Positions 1 to 9,220 of a DNA stretch of 63,031 nt are shown in pieces. Made by a program: the position numbers and the translations under genes. The DNA lies in the NCBI GenBank assembly GCA_964517485.1, contig CAZFCZ010000027.1:1-63031 (forward strand), in the 5' to 3' direction. The notes below the pieces were generated by a model. That model was not told the DNA's origin. It worked only from the letters and a program-made list of their open reading frames with translations, and made no database searches. Position 1 is the stretch's first letter. Each line of letters opens with the position of its first letter. The stretch comes from an uncultured Nitratifractor sp. Lineage in GTDB: Bacteria; Campylobacterota; Campylobacteria; Campylobacterales; Sulfurovaceae.

Positions 1-118
1 TTATAATGGATATTTTATGGGTATGGTGTATAATACTAATTATAAAAGACTTTGTCTATAAATTTGTATTAAAAAAGAGCCATTGCGATAGTGGTAGTTG
101 CTCTTTAAAGGATAAGTA

Positions 119-1570
119 GTGTTTGATATTTTTAGTAAAAATGAAAGTAGTGCCAATATTGCAAAAGTCTATTTTGGCTCAGAGGTAGAAGATAGAGACG
201 AATTAATAGAGATTAAAAATCCATTTAGCTTAGAGGTTGTTTCTAAATATCCAGTATGTAGCGCTAACGATGCTAAAAGAGCTCTTAAGATTGCAAATAG
301 TGCTTCTAAAGTTGCTAAAAAAGCACCTTTACACCAAAGAATTAAGTGGCTAGAGGATGTAGCAAGTAAGCTAAGAGAGCAATCTGATAGCTTTGCAAAA
401 GTAATTGTTGACGAAGTTGCAAAACCACTCTCTTTTGCACAAATAGAGGTAGCAAGATGTGCCGAGACAATAGAGTTAACAGCAAAAGAGTTAATTAACT
501 TAAATGGAGAGACAATTGCAACAGACGCAATGCCAAGTGGAAGAGACGCTTTAGCTTACTACAAAAGGGTTCCTGTAGGTGTTGCTAGCTGTATTACGCC
601 ATTTAACTTTCCGCTAAATTTAATTGCGCATAAAATTGCACCTGCACTTGGTGCTGGTAATGCAGTTGTACTTAAGCCAACACCCGAAGCACCAATGTGT
701 GCATATATGCTAGCTAAGTTATTTATAGAGAGCGAATATGCTATTAAAGATGCTCTAAGTGTTGTTTATGGCGATGCCGAAGTTGGTAGTGAGCTTGTAT
801 CGAACCCAATATCTAGAGTTATTAGTTTTACTGGCTCTGCACAAGTAGGTAGAATTATTATGGCAAATGCTGGCATAAAAAAGGTAGCACTAGAGCTTGG
901 AGGAAACGCAGCAACTTTTATAGACGAGAGTGCTAATATTGCAGATGCAGCTAAAAAGTGTGCATTTGGCTCGTTTTATAATAGTGGGCAAGTTTGTATT
1001 AGTTTACAAAGAATCTATGTGCACGAAAAGATATACAAAGAGTTTGCAAATGCCCTAGCAAAAGAGGCAAAAGAGCTTAAAGTTTGCTCACCATACGAAG
1101 AAGATACATTTATGGGGCCTTTAATTAACGAAGATGCTAAACTTAGAGCTAAAAGATGGGTAGCTAGTGCAATAGACGAGGGCGCTAATGTTTTATATGG
1201 TGGCGAAGAGAAAGATGGAATTTTTCCTCCAACTGTAATGGTAGATGTAACAGATGATATGCAAATTATATGCGAAGAGGTATTTGCACCAATTGTTAGC
1301 CTTGTAAAAGTTGCATCGTACGATGAAGCAGTTGAAAAAATAAACAATTCACCTTATGGCTTACAATATAGTATATTTACTAACTCTTTAAAGAATACTA
1401 AAAGCTTTATAGACGATGCAGATGCTGGCGGTGTTGTAGTAAACGACATACCAACAGTTAGGTTTGATATTCAGCCATATGGTGGTATAAAGCAAAGTGG
1501 TATAGGAAAAGAGGGGCCAAAGTGGGCACTAGAAGAGTTTACCGAAATTAAATCTGTAGTGATACTATAA
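119..1570 (+). CDS. NAD(P)+-dependent aldehyde dehydrogenase family protein
   Basis: 483 aa ORF with a GTG start about 6 nt after AAGGA. ALDH hallmarks: FTGS, LELGGN (catalytic Glu motif), FYNSGQVCIS (catalytic Cys motif), C-terminal PYGGIKQSGIGKEG. Confidence 0.9.
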   Translation: MFDIFSKNESSANIAKVYFGSEVEDRDELIEIKNPFSLEVVSKYPVCSANDAKRALKIANSASKVAKKAPLHQRIKWLEDVASKLREQSDSFAKVIVDEVAKPLSFAQIEVARCAETIELTAKELINLNGETIATDAMPSGRDALAYYKRVPVGVASCITPFNFPLNLIAHKIAPALGAGNAVVLKPTPEAPMCAYMLAKLFIESEYAIKDALSVVYGDAEVGSELVSNPISRVISFTGSAQVGRIIMANAGIKKVALELGGNAATFIDESANIADAAKKCAFGSFYNSGQVCISLQRIYVHEKIYKEFANALAKEAKELKVCSPYEEDTFMGPLINEDAKLRAKRWVASAIDEGANVLYGGEEKDGIFPPTVMVDVTDDMQIICEEVFAPIVSLVKVASYDEAVEKINNSPYGLQYSIFTNSLKNTKSFIDDADAGGVVVNDIPTVRFDIQPYGGIKQSGIGKEGPKWALEEFTEIKSVVIL

Positions 1571-2016
1571 TGAAAAAGGTAGCAATATCTGCATGCTTGC
1601 TTGGCAAAAAGTGCAGGTACGATGGCAAAGAGAACAAAGATGTAAAGCTTCTTGCTATGCTAAAAGATTGCGAGCTTGTTGCTTTTTGTCCAGAAGACTT
1701 TTGTTATGGTACACCTAGACCAACTATGGACTTAGTAGATAGTAATGGCGAAATTAAGGCAATATCTAATTTAACTGGTGCAAACCTTACGCCACCACTT
1801 TTAGAGTATGCTAAAGCTTTTTTTGACTCTAATAGTGATATATCGCTATTTATTGGTAAAGATAGAAGCCCAAGTTGTGGTGTTAAGAGTGCTAAAGTCT
1901 ACAATTGTAATAAAGAGCTAATATCTACTAATGGTAGCGGTATTATGGCTAAAGAGGCAATTAAAGAGGGTATAAAAGCCTTTGATAGCGAAGATTATGT
2001 TAGTCGTACTTTCTAA
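1570..2016 (+). CDS. DUF523 family protein (TudS-like thiouracil desulfurase fold)
   Basis: 148 aa. The ATG overlaps the upstream stop (TAATG). Cys motifs ISACLLGKKCRYDG and DRSPSCG are typical of DUF523. Confidence 0.75.
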   Translation: MKKVAISACLLGKKCRYDGKENKDVKLLAMLKDCELVAFCPEDFCYGTPRPTMDLVDSNGEIKAISNLTGANLTPPLLEYAKAFFDSNSDISLFIGKDRSPSCGVKSAKVYNCNKELISTNGSGIMAKEAIKEGIKAFDSEDYVSRTF

Positions 2017-2203
2017 AACCAAATAGCCAATCTTTTTGCTCGTTAGTTAAATTTTGCATAGAGTCTAAAATTTTAGCTTTTAGTTTTTGTAAGTCTTCGA
2101 GCTCTAAATACTCTAGTAGCTCTGGTGCTATGTCGAAATTATCTATTTTTTGGCTACTCCATAGCTCTTTTATCTCATTTAATAGTGCTTTTTTATCTTC
2201 CAT
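2000..2203 (-). CDS. small acidic helical hypothetical protein (67 aa)
   Basis: ATG preceded by AAAGGAA at about 5-6 nt. Clean ORF convergent with and slightly overlapping the DUF523 gene. No recognisable family. Confidence 0.45.
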   Translation of the reverse strand: MEDKKALLNEIKELWSSQKIDNFDIAPELLEYLELEDLQKLKAKILDSMQNLTNEQKDWLFGFRKYD

Positions 2204-2243
2204 TAAATTCCTTTTAGTAGAATTATACTAAAAAAGGAACTAT

Positions 2244-3176
2244 TTGAAGTTTATAGTTATTATATTTTTTACAATTTTTATATACCCTAATAGCTATAGT
2301 ATAGTAGAAAATTTTAATACTACAGAAAGTATAAAAGTTAAAAGAAAATTTACTAAAGTAAAAAGAGCAAAAACTAAAAAGGTAAAAAAAGTATTTTATA
2401 GAAAAAAATCTAAAAAAGTTGTTGTAAAAAAAGTATTTAAAAAAAGAGCAATAAAAAAAAGAGTAGTGCAAAAAAAGGTAGTTATTAAAAAAGCTACTAC
2501 CAATAAAAAGTTAGTTAAAACTACACACTCAAACAGAGCAAAGCTAGTAATTATTATGGACGATATTGCACACAAATACGAGCTAAATAGACTTAAATCT
2601 TTAGGCTTAAAGGTAACACCATCTATATTTCCGCCAAGTAAAATGAATATGCACAGCAACCTTTTAGCAAAAGATTTAAAACACTTTATGGTGCACTTGC
2701 CACTGCAATCTAATAGTAAAGCACTAAATAAAATGCATAAGACTCTCTTAGTTACAAGTAGCAATAAGGTAATTAAAGATAGAGTTTTAGAGATTAAAAG
2801 GCTTTTTCCTAATGTTAAGTTTTTAAATAACCATACTGGCAGTGTTTTTAGCCAAAATTATAAAAAATCTAAAGCTCTATATAGCGCACTTTTAAGTAGC
2901 GGTATTCTTTTTTTAGATAGTCGAACAACTAAGTATACTAAATTTAAAAAAATAGCAAAAGAGTTTAACCAAAGGTACTACAAATGCGATCACTTTATAG
3001 ATAACAAAGTATCTACTCAAGCAATTTTAAAAGAGATTAAAAGAGGCATTGCAATTGCTAAATCAAAAGGGTATGCAGTGCTTATTGGGCACCCACATCA
3101 GCAGACATTTAAGGCACTTAATTTGGCTAAAAAGTACTTAAAGAGTGTAAATTTAATATATATAGACGAGTTATGA
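2244..3176 (+). CDS. divergent polysaccharide deacetylase (YibQ-like) with signal peptide and Lys-rich N-terminal tract
   Basis: TTG start after AAGGAA. N-terminal hydrophobic signal (FIVIIFFTIFIYPNSYS), then about 70 aa of K/V-rich sequence. The C-terminal half carries FLDSRTT and LIGHPH motifs as in the YibQ family. Confidence 0.7.
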   Translation: MKFIVIIFFTIFIYPNSYSIVENFNTTESIKVKRKFTKVKRAKTKKVKKVFYRKKSKKVVVKKVFKKRAIKKRVVQKKVVIKKATTNKKLVKTTHSNRAKLVIIMDDIAHKYELNRLKSLGLKVTPSIFPPSKMNMHSNLLAKDLKHFMVHLPLQSNSKALNKMHKTLLVTSSNKVIKDRVLEIKRLFPNVKFLNNHTGSVFSQNYKKSKALYSALLSSGILFLDSRTTKYTKFKKIAKEFNQRYYKCDHFIDNKVSTQAILKEIKRGIAIAKSKGYAVLIGHPHQQTFKALNLAKKYLKSVNLIYIDEL

Positions 3177-3940
3177 TAAAGTTAGTTAATAAAAATATTA
3201 ACGCATTAGAATTAATGCAAAAAAAGCCAAGCGAGCTTTACTACAAAGGTAATTTAGAGCTTTTAAATAGAGATTTAGTATCTATAGTAGGCACAAGAAG
3301 ACCTTGTAGTTACACTAAAGAGTTTACGCACAAATTAGCAAGAGAGCTTAGTAAAAGAGGTGTTGTAATTGTTAGTGGTGCCGCTATGGGTGTAGATGCA
3401 ATTGCTCATAGTGCTGCAGGTGCTAACTCTACAGTTGCTGTAATGGCAAATGGTTTAGATATTAAGTATCCAGCAGTTAATAAAGCACTAATTTCTAAAA
3501 TAGAAGATAAAGGCTTAACACTTAGCTTTTTTAAAGAGGGCTTTAGAGCAACAAAATGGAGCTTTGTTAAACGCAACGAGCTAGTAGTTGCACTTAGTGG
3601 CTGCCTTATAGTAACCGAAGCCGATTTAAACAGCGGCAGCTTAAGAAGTGTAGAGTTTGCTATAAAGATGGGTAAGCCAATATATGTACTACCACATAGA
3701 TTAAACGAAAGCTTAGGTACAAATAATCTATTAATAGATGGCCTTGCTAAGCCAATTTACGACATAGAAGAGTTTGCAAACAAATTTGGCAAAATAACAC
3801 AAGCTAAAGACGAATTCACAAAATTCTTAGAAACCTCTCCAACCTTAGATAGCGCTCTAGCTAAATACGGAGAAAAAATCTACCAAGCCGAACTAGAAGG
3901 CACTATAATAATAGAAAACGGTATAATTAGACTGCTTTAG
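3173..3940 (+). CDS. dprA: DNA processing protein DprA (short form)
   Basis: 255 aa with ATGA overlap to the upstream gene. Motifs GTRRP, SGAAMGVDAIAH and a Rossmann-like DprA core. Confidence 0.88.
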   Translation: MIKLVNKNINALELMQKKPSELYYKGNLELLNRDLVSIVGTRRPCSYTKEFTHKLARELSKRGVVIVSGAAMGVDAIAHSAAGANSTVAVMANGLDIKYPAVNKALISKIEDKGLTLSFFKEGFRATKWSFVKRNELVVALSGCLIVTEADLNSGSLRSVEFAIKMGKPIYVLPHRLNESLGTNNLLIDGLAKPIYDIEEFANKFGKITQAKDEFTKFLETSPTLDSALAKYGEKIYQAELEGTIIIENGIIRLL

Positions 3941-3944
3941 TAGC

Positions 3945-4538
3945 CTATTTTGTCCTGTTATTCTCTTTGGTGCTATTACTCTCTTTAGTGGTGTTGTTAT
4001 CTTGTATAACAGTTACTTTGGCTTGTTTTTTTAGTATATAGTTTACTACACCTTCTAGGTATTCGCTTGATACCATGCCTGTTTTAATATCTACCACATC
4101 ACCTGTTGTGTCTAGTATAACTAAAAATGGTATAGAGCCGCGCCAGCCTGCTCTTTGGGCTAGGTATTTAACAAAGTCTATATTCTCTCTTTGTGTGTAA
4201 AGGTTGTAGTTAATTCCTTTGCTTTTGCCGTAAGCTGCAAGTGCTTCTTTGCTGCTGCCTTGAGACTCTACTGCAAACATAACTAGCTTGTCTTTATACT
4301 TTTTTGTTAGTTCTATATAGTGTGGAATAGAGTAAACGCATGGAGGACAGTGTGTTCCCCAAAACTCTATAAATACAATTTTGCCTTTAGCGCTTGGTAT
4401 GTCTAGTCCGTTCTTTTTTGCTATAATTGTTGTAGCTTTAGAGTTTATATCTTTAATTTCAAATTTTGGTGCTACTTCTGCTTGTGCAAAGGTAAGTGCA
4501 GTAAGTGTTAAGATAAGAAGAGATACTTTTTTTATCAT
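3945..4538 (-). CDS. periplasmic thiol:disulfide oxidoreductase (TlpA/ResA-like thioredoxin fold)
   Basis: 197 aa. Signal peptide (LLILTLTALTFAQA), active site WGTHCPPC, N/T/K-rich C-terminal tail. Confidence 0.85.
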   Translation of the reverse strand: MIKKVSLLILTLTALTFAQAEVAPKFEIKDINSKATTIIAKKNGLDIPSAKGKIVFIEFWGTHCPPCVYSIPHYIELTKKYKDKLVMFAVESQGSSKEALAAYGKSKGINYNLYTQRENIDFVKYLAQRAGWRGSIPFLVILDTTGDVVDIKTGMVSSEYLEGVVNYILKKQAKVTVIQDNNTTKESNSTKENNRTK

Positions 4539-4623
4539 AATTTTCCTTTTTTGCGACTATTATAGCATATTATGCTAATATTATGCAGAGTATCTATATG
4601 GTATAATGTTTAAAAGGATTATA

Positions 4624-5688
4624 ATGAAAAAAGCATTACTATTAACAACAATTTCGGTTGCAGTTTTGTCTGCTTCGGTTAGTAATAAAGAGATAGCTAA
4701 TATGTTTATGTTAGGCTTTTATGGTACTAAAGCAACACCTAATACTAAAATCTATAATGATATTTGCAAAAGTGGCTTAGGTGGGGTGATAGTATTTAAA
4801 AAGTCGCCTATAAAAAGAGGTGCAGCTAAAAACTTTACAGATGCAAAGAGTTTAAAGAGTTTAATTGCTGGGCTTAAGAGTTGTGGTGCTAAGCCACTTA
4901 TTGCGGTAGATCAAGAGGGTGGGTTAGTGCAGCGAATTAAACTAACAAGAAGCTATCCAAAGGCTAGTGTAGTTGCAAAAAGTGGGCTAGGTAGTGCAAA
5001 AAGTATTTATACACAAATGGCAAAAGAGCTAAAGTCTTTAGGTGTTAACTTTAACTTAGCGCCAGTTGCAGATATTGCGCTTAATCCTAAAAATAGAGTA
5101 ATTGTTAAGTGGGGGCGCAGTTATGGCAGTAACTATAAAAATGTAATTAGTTACGATAAAGCATTTATTAACGCTATGCATAGTTATAACATTGCAACAT
5201 CGCTTAAGCATTTTCCTGGGCATGGTAGCTCTTTGGGCGATACACATAAGGGGTTTGTAGATGTAACTAAGCTTTGGAAAAAGGTTGAACTTAAACCATA
5301 TATGGCACTTAAAAATAGTACCGATACTGTTATGGTAGCGCATATTTTTAATAAAAATTTAGATGCTACTTATCCAGCATCTTTATCTAAAAGAGTTGTA
5401 ACTAATTTATTAAGAGGCAAAATAGGCTTTAATGGTGTTGTAATTAGCGACGATTTACAGATGGGAGCTATTGCTAAGCACTATACGCTAAAGCAAAGAG
5501 TAATGCGCTCTATTAATGCAGGAGTAGATATTATGCTATTTGCTAATCAGCTAAATGCAAAGAGTAATATATCTATACAAAGGCTTACAAAAATTGTAAG
5601 AGAGCTTATAAACTCTGGCAAGGTAAGTGAGCAAGCAATTAAAGCTGCAAATATTAGAATTAATAGATTAAAAAATAGGTTATACTAA
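4624..5688 (+). CDS. nagZ: glycoside hydrolase family 3 beta-N-acetylhexosaminidase (NagZ-like) with Sec signal peptide
   Basis: I prefer the ATG at 4624 (AAGGA 6 nt upstream), giving MKKALLLTTISVAVLSASV. Motifs DQEGGLVQR, KHFPGHG, ISDDLQM. Confidence 0.85.
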   Translation: MKKALLLTTISVAVLSASVSNKEIANMFMLGFYGTKATPNTKIYNDICKSGLGGVIVFKKSPIKRGAAKNFTDAKSLKSLIAGLKSCGAKPLIAVDQEGGLVQRIKLTRSYPKASVVAKSGLGSAKSIYTQMAKELKSLGVNFNLAPVADIALNPKNRVIVKWGRSYGSNYKNVISYDKAFINAMHSYNIATSLKHFPGHGSSLGDTHKGFVDVTKLWKKVELKPYMALKNSTDTVMVAHIFNKNLDATYPASLSKRVVTNLLRGKIGFNGVVISDDLQMGAIAKHYTLKQRVMRSINAGVDIMLFANQLNAKSNISIQRLTKIVRELINSGKVSEQAIKAANIRINRLKNRLY

Positions 5689-6089
5689 TGCAAAAGATAG
5701 CAGCTTTAGATGTTGGATTAAAGAGAATTGGCTTAGCCTTTTGTTTTGATAAAAGTGTAGTTCTACCACAAAATGCCATATTGCGAAAAGGTAGAAAGCA
5801 AGCAGCAAATGATGTAAGTAGCATACTAAAGGAGTGGGGTATTGCAAAGCTTATAGTAGGCCTGCCAAAAGGATGCGATAATGAAGATGAGATGAGCAGA
5901 CGCATAAAGCACTTTGTATCTTTATTAGAAATAGATGATATTAAAGATATAGTATATATAGATGAGTCATTTAGCTCACACGAGGCTAAAGAGCAGATGA
6001 AGGGCGAAATAAAGCAAAAAAGAGATGGCAGAGTGGACTCGCTTGCAGCTAAGATTATTTTAGAAAGATATTTAGACTCTAATATATAA
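5688..6089 (+). CDS. ruvX: Holliday junction resolvase-like / pre-16S rRNA nuclease RuvX (YqgF)
   Basis: 133 aa with TAATG overlap to nagZ. Motifs ALDVGLKRIGLA and IDESFSS. Confidence 0.85.
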   Translation: MQKIAALDVGLKRIGLAFCFDKSVVLPQNAILRKGRKQAANDVSSILKEWGIAKLIVGLPKGCDNEDEMSRRIKHFVSLLEIDDIKDIVYIDESFSSHEAKEQMKGEIKQKRDGRVDSLAAKIILERYLDSNI

Positions 6090-6807
6090 CCCTATGCAGA
6101 TATAGTCCATTAGGTTGTGCTAGTGTGCTAAAGTGTTTTTTTTCTGTATTAATTTGCTCTTTTAGTTCTAATATAGTTAGCTCTTTGCTTTCTACTTTTA
6201 AAGCACCTTCTACCATCATTCTTACTTGGCTTCTTAGGTAGCCTGTAGCGTAAAAATATATTGCAATATAGTTATTGATTTTTTTAACTTTTACATTTAA
6301 GACTTCGCGTATATCGCTACTTGTAATTGAGCCTTGCTTTTTAAAGAGCTTAAAATTGTGCTTGCCAATATATAAGTTAAGTGCCTCTTTTAGAAGTTTA
6401 ATATTATTAATTTTATAGCTACTTACAAACTCTTTTTCGAAAATTTTAGGTGGTGAGGTTTTTATAAGGTATCTGTAGATTCTAACTTTTGCGCTATATT
6501 GCGCATGAAAGTTGCTACTAGCTTCTTTAATGTATTTAAATTCTATATCTGATAGCTTTTGATTTAGTGCTTTTTTTAGTGGTATTAAGCCTTTTTTTTG
6601 CCAAAATATTGGTAGTTCAAAGTGTATAACTTGCCCTGTCGCATGAACGCCCCTGTCGGTTCTACCGCTGCCAAATATTTTGCTATTAATGCCTAAACTT
6701 TTAAGTGCGCTCTCTATGCTTTGCACAACAGTATTAGGGGTGGTTTTTTGCCTTTGAAAACCAAAAAATTTAGAGCCATTATAGGCTATAATTGCTTTTA
6801 CTACCAA
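6079..6807 (-). CDS. truA: tRNA pseudouridine(38-40) synthase TruA
   Basis: 242 aa with a TTG start directly after the upstream stop. Catalytic motif GSGRTDRGVHA. Confidence 0.9.
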   Translation of the reverse strand: MVVKAIIAYNGSKFFGFQRQKTTPNTVVQSIESALKSLGINSKIFGSGRTDRGVHATGQVIHFELPIFWQKKGLIPLKKALNQKLSDIEFKYIKEASSNFHAQYSAKVRIYRYLIKTSPPKIFEKEFVSSYKINNIKLLKEALNLYIGKHNFKLFKKQGSITSSDIREVLNVKVKKINNYIAIYFYATGYLRSQVRMMVEGALKVESKELTILELKEQINTEKKHFSTLAQPNGLYLHRVIY

Positions 6808-7812
6808 TTAGTATCTCTTTAATATTTTATTTTTAAAAGTTACTACAGATAGTACTAACCAAGTGGCAAATACAGCAGCTACAACATATGGGTTATCTAG
6901 TTTTCTTGTAACTATTGCTGGTATGTAAATTAGTAGCACACTAATTAAAATATATACAGCAGCTCTATTTTTTTGGTATCTTGGGTTGTAAATTCCAAAC
7001 GATACATAAAGAATTATTAACAATATTGGGCTAAGTGAAATTAGTAAATAGTAGTAAAATTTACCACTATGCTTAAGCCAATACTCTTTGGTAGATAATA
7101 TTTTACTAGAGTAGTATTTGGCATTATTGTATAGTTTTAAGTTGCTAAAATCTATAATATTAAAGCCTTTATCTTTGTATCTATATATCATACCATCATT
7201 TAAGCTTAGGTAGCTGCTACTGTTTGCTTCGTTTTTTATAAAGCCATCTTGCGCAAGCATTATCTGTACATGCCCGTTTTTACGCTCTGTAAACATAGTT
7301 ACATTTTTAAATTTACCATTTTTGTTTTCGTCTATAAAGATGTGGTGGCTTCCGAAATTTTGGCTAAGTTTTTTTGGTAAAATTTTTAGTTTAGACTCGT
7401 ATATCTTTTTACTTCTGTAGTTTTTCATTTTTTGTGTTGTATATGGTGTTATAAAGATAGCTAAAATGGTAATTATTGTAGTAAATAGCATTGCACTTGG
7501 TAGTAAAAATCTTAATACTCTTTGTGGTCTAAAGCCAACTGAGAATATTGCTATAGCTTCGTTGCTCTCTGAAAGGTTAGATAACGAGTTTATAACTGCA
7601 CCTAAAAAGGTAAGAGGTAGTGTAGAGAATATAATATCTGGAAGTACATATGTATATAGCATTATAAAATCGTTAAACTCTAGTGTAACTCTTGCCGATA
7701 GTTTAGAGATGTTTATTACATATATTAAAGACATAATAATAAAAAATGGCACAAATAGTGTTATAAAACTTCTTGTAAAGTTACTTAGCAGGTACGATTT
7801 TAACCTAGCCAT
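6808..7812 (-). CDS. LptF/LptG family LPS export permease
   Basis: 334 aa with YjgP/YjgQ-like topology: 3 N-terminal TM segments, a soluble beta-jellyroll-sized insert, 3 C-terminal TM segments. Confidence 0.78.
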   Translation of the reverse strand: MARLKSYLLSNFTRSFITLFVPFFIIMSLIYVINISKLSARVTLEFNDFIMLYTYVLPDIIFSTLPLTFLGAVINSLSNLSESNEAIAIFSVGFRPQRVLRFLLPSAMLFTTIITILAIFITPYTTQKMKNYRSKKIYESKLKILPKKLSQNFGSHHIFIDENKNGKFKNVTMFTERKNGHVQIMLAQDGFIKNEANSSSYLSLNDGMIYRYKDKGFNIIDFSNLKLYNNAKYYSSKILSTKEYWLKHSGKFYYYLLISLSPILLIILYVSFGIYNPRYQKNRAAVYILISVLLIYIPAIVTRKLDNPYVVAAVFATWLVLSVVTFKNKILKRY

Positions 7813-8548
7813 ACATTAAATCCTTTAAAATACTTAATAACCACTCTTTATTTAGGTATGTAATTAGCGTTGCAATTGCTAAAAATGGCACAAATGGTAT
7901 TATAGTATCTTTTGCTAAAATTGATGGAATAATTGCTATAAGTGCAGAAATAAACATAGCAATAAAAAAGGCTGGATACCCAAGAAGAGCTGCCATAGTA
8001 GCTGCAACTATAATATCTGCCTCTCCTAGAGCATCTTTTTTAGCCAATTTAGAGACAACTAAGCCTAAAGTGTAAAAGCCAACGGCAGCAAATGTTGCAT
8101 CTATTATACTGCTACTAAATGTTGGCGAGATTAAAGCAAAAATAAGTGCTGCTATATTAAGAGTATCTGGAACGGCATAATACTCTAAATCTATAAGAGT
8201 TAAAGCTAGTAGCATACTAAAGCTAAGTGCAATAAATGGCAAGTACCAAAGTAAACCAATTTTGTAAAATAGCAGCAACCAAATTAAGCCATTACTTAAC
8301 TCTACAAGTGGGTATCTAGCTGCTATTTTCTCTTTACAAAAGGCACATTGCCCTTTAAGTGCTAGCCAAGATAGCAGTGGTATATTGTGATACCACTTTA
8401 GCTTTGTGTCGCAACTTGTACATTTAGATGGTGGAAAAGATATATTTATACCTTTTGGAACTCTGTATATTAGTACATTTAAAAATGAGCCTACAGATAT
8501 ACCAAATAAAAATACAAAAATAGCCAATAGCGTATTATACTGCTCCAA
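7805..8548 (-). CDS. A24 family prepilin/type IV leader peptidase
   Basis: 247 aa polytopic membrane protein with an N-terminal Cys pair region (CTSCDTKL ... CAFCKEKI) typical of PilD-type peptidases. Confidence 0.78.
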   Translation of the reverse strand: MEQYNTLLAIFVFLFGISVGSFLNVLIYRVPKGINISFPPSKCTSCDTKLKWYHNIPLLSWLALKGQCAFCKEKIAARYPLVELSNGLIWLLLFYKIGLLWYLPFIALSFSMLLALTLIDLEYYAVPDTLNIAALIFALISPTFSSSIIDATFAAVGFYTLGLVVSKLAKKDALGEADIIVAATMAALLGYPAFFIAMFISALIAIIPSILAKDTIIPFVPFLAIATLITYLNKEWLLSILKDLMYG

Positions 8549-9215
8549 ATTTTCTCTCTCTGTTTTTGTAGTTGTTAATTATACTCTCTAGCTCTTGCGT
8601 ATTAAAATCTGGCCATAGAGTATCTGTAAAGTTAAACTCTGCATACGCTATTTGCCAAAGTAAAAAGTTAGATACTCTTTGCTCGCCACTTGTTCTAATA
8701 AGCAAGTCTATGTCTGAGTAAGATGTATCTAGTGCCTCTTCTAGGCTCTCTTTTGTAACTGGTAGGCTACTACTTTGGCAAATTTTGTTTATTGCTCTAA
8801 GTAGCTCATCTTGTGCGCCATAGTTTAGGGCTAAAACCTGAGTTAGAGATTTGTTGTTTTTTGTTAGCTCTTTTGTTTTTGCAATAGTCTCTTTGAGTTT
8901 ATTTGAAAATGGCTCTAAATCGCCTATTGTTTCAAATTTTACATCTTCTTTCATATATATATCTAACTCTTTTTTTAGGTAGCTATTTAGAAGTTTCATT
9001 AAAAACTCTACCTCTAGTTTTGGGCGTTTCCAGTTTTCGGTACTAAAAGCGTATAGAGTTAGGGTTTGTATCTCTTTAGAGTTTGCGCAGTATGTTGTAA
9101 TATCTCGTACAACCTCAGCCCCTTTTTCGTGCCCTTTTACTCTTTTTAAACCTTTTTGTTGTGCCCATCTGCCGTTTCCGTCCATTATAATAGCTAAGTG
9201 TTTTAATTTATTCAT
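8535..9215 (-). CDS. uppS: di-trans,poly-cis-undecaprenyl-diphosphate synthase
   Basis: 226 aa. Motifs IIMDGNGRWA and RTSGEQRVSNFLLWQ. Confidence 0.95.
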   Translation of the reverse strand: MNKLKHLAIIMDGNGRWAQQKGLKRVKGHEKGAEVVRDITTYCANSKEIQTLTLYAFSTENWKRPKLEVEFLMKLLNSYLKKELDIYMKEDVKFETIGDLEPFSNKLKETIAKTKELTKNNKSLTQVLALNYGAQDELLRAINKICQSSSLPVTKESLEEALDTSYSDIDLLIRTSGEQRVSNFLLWQIAYAEFNFTDTLWPDFNTQELESIINNYKNRERKFGAV

Positions 9216-9220
9216 AAATT

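Noticed and set aside
2223-2764. Two minus-strand ORFs (82 and 122 aa) with F/Y/K-rich translations overlapping the 5' part of the YibQ-like gene.
   Set aside because: They are an artefact of the poly-A/T-rich Lys tract read on the opposite strand, giving homopolymer-like F-rich peptides. The plus-strand frame continues into a recognisable deacetylase domain.
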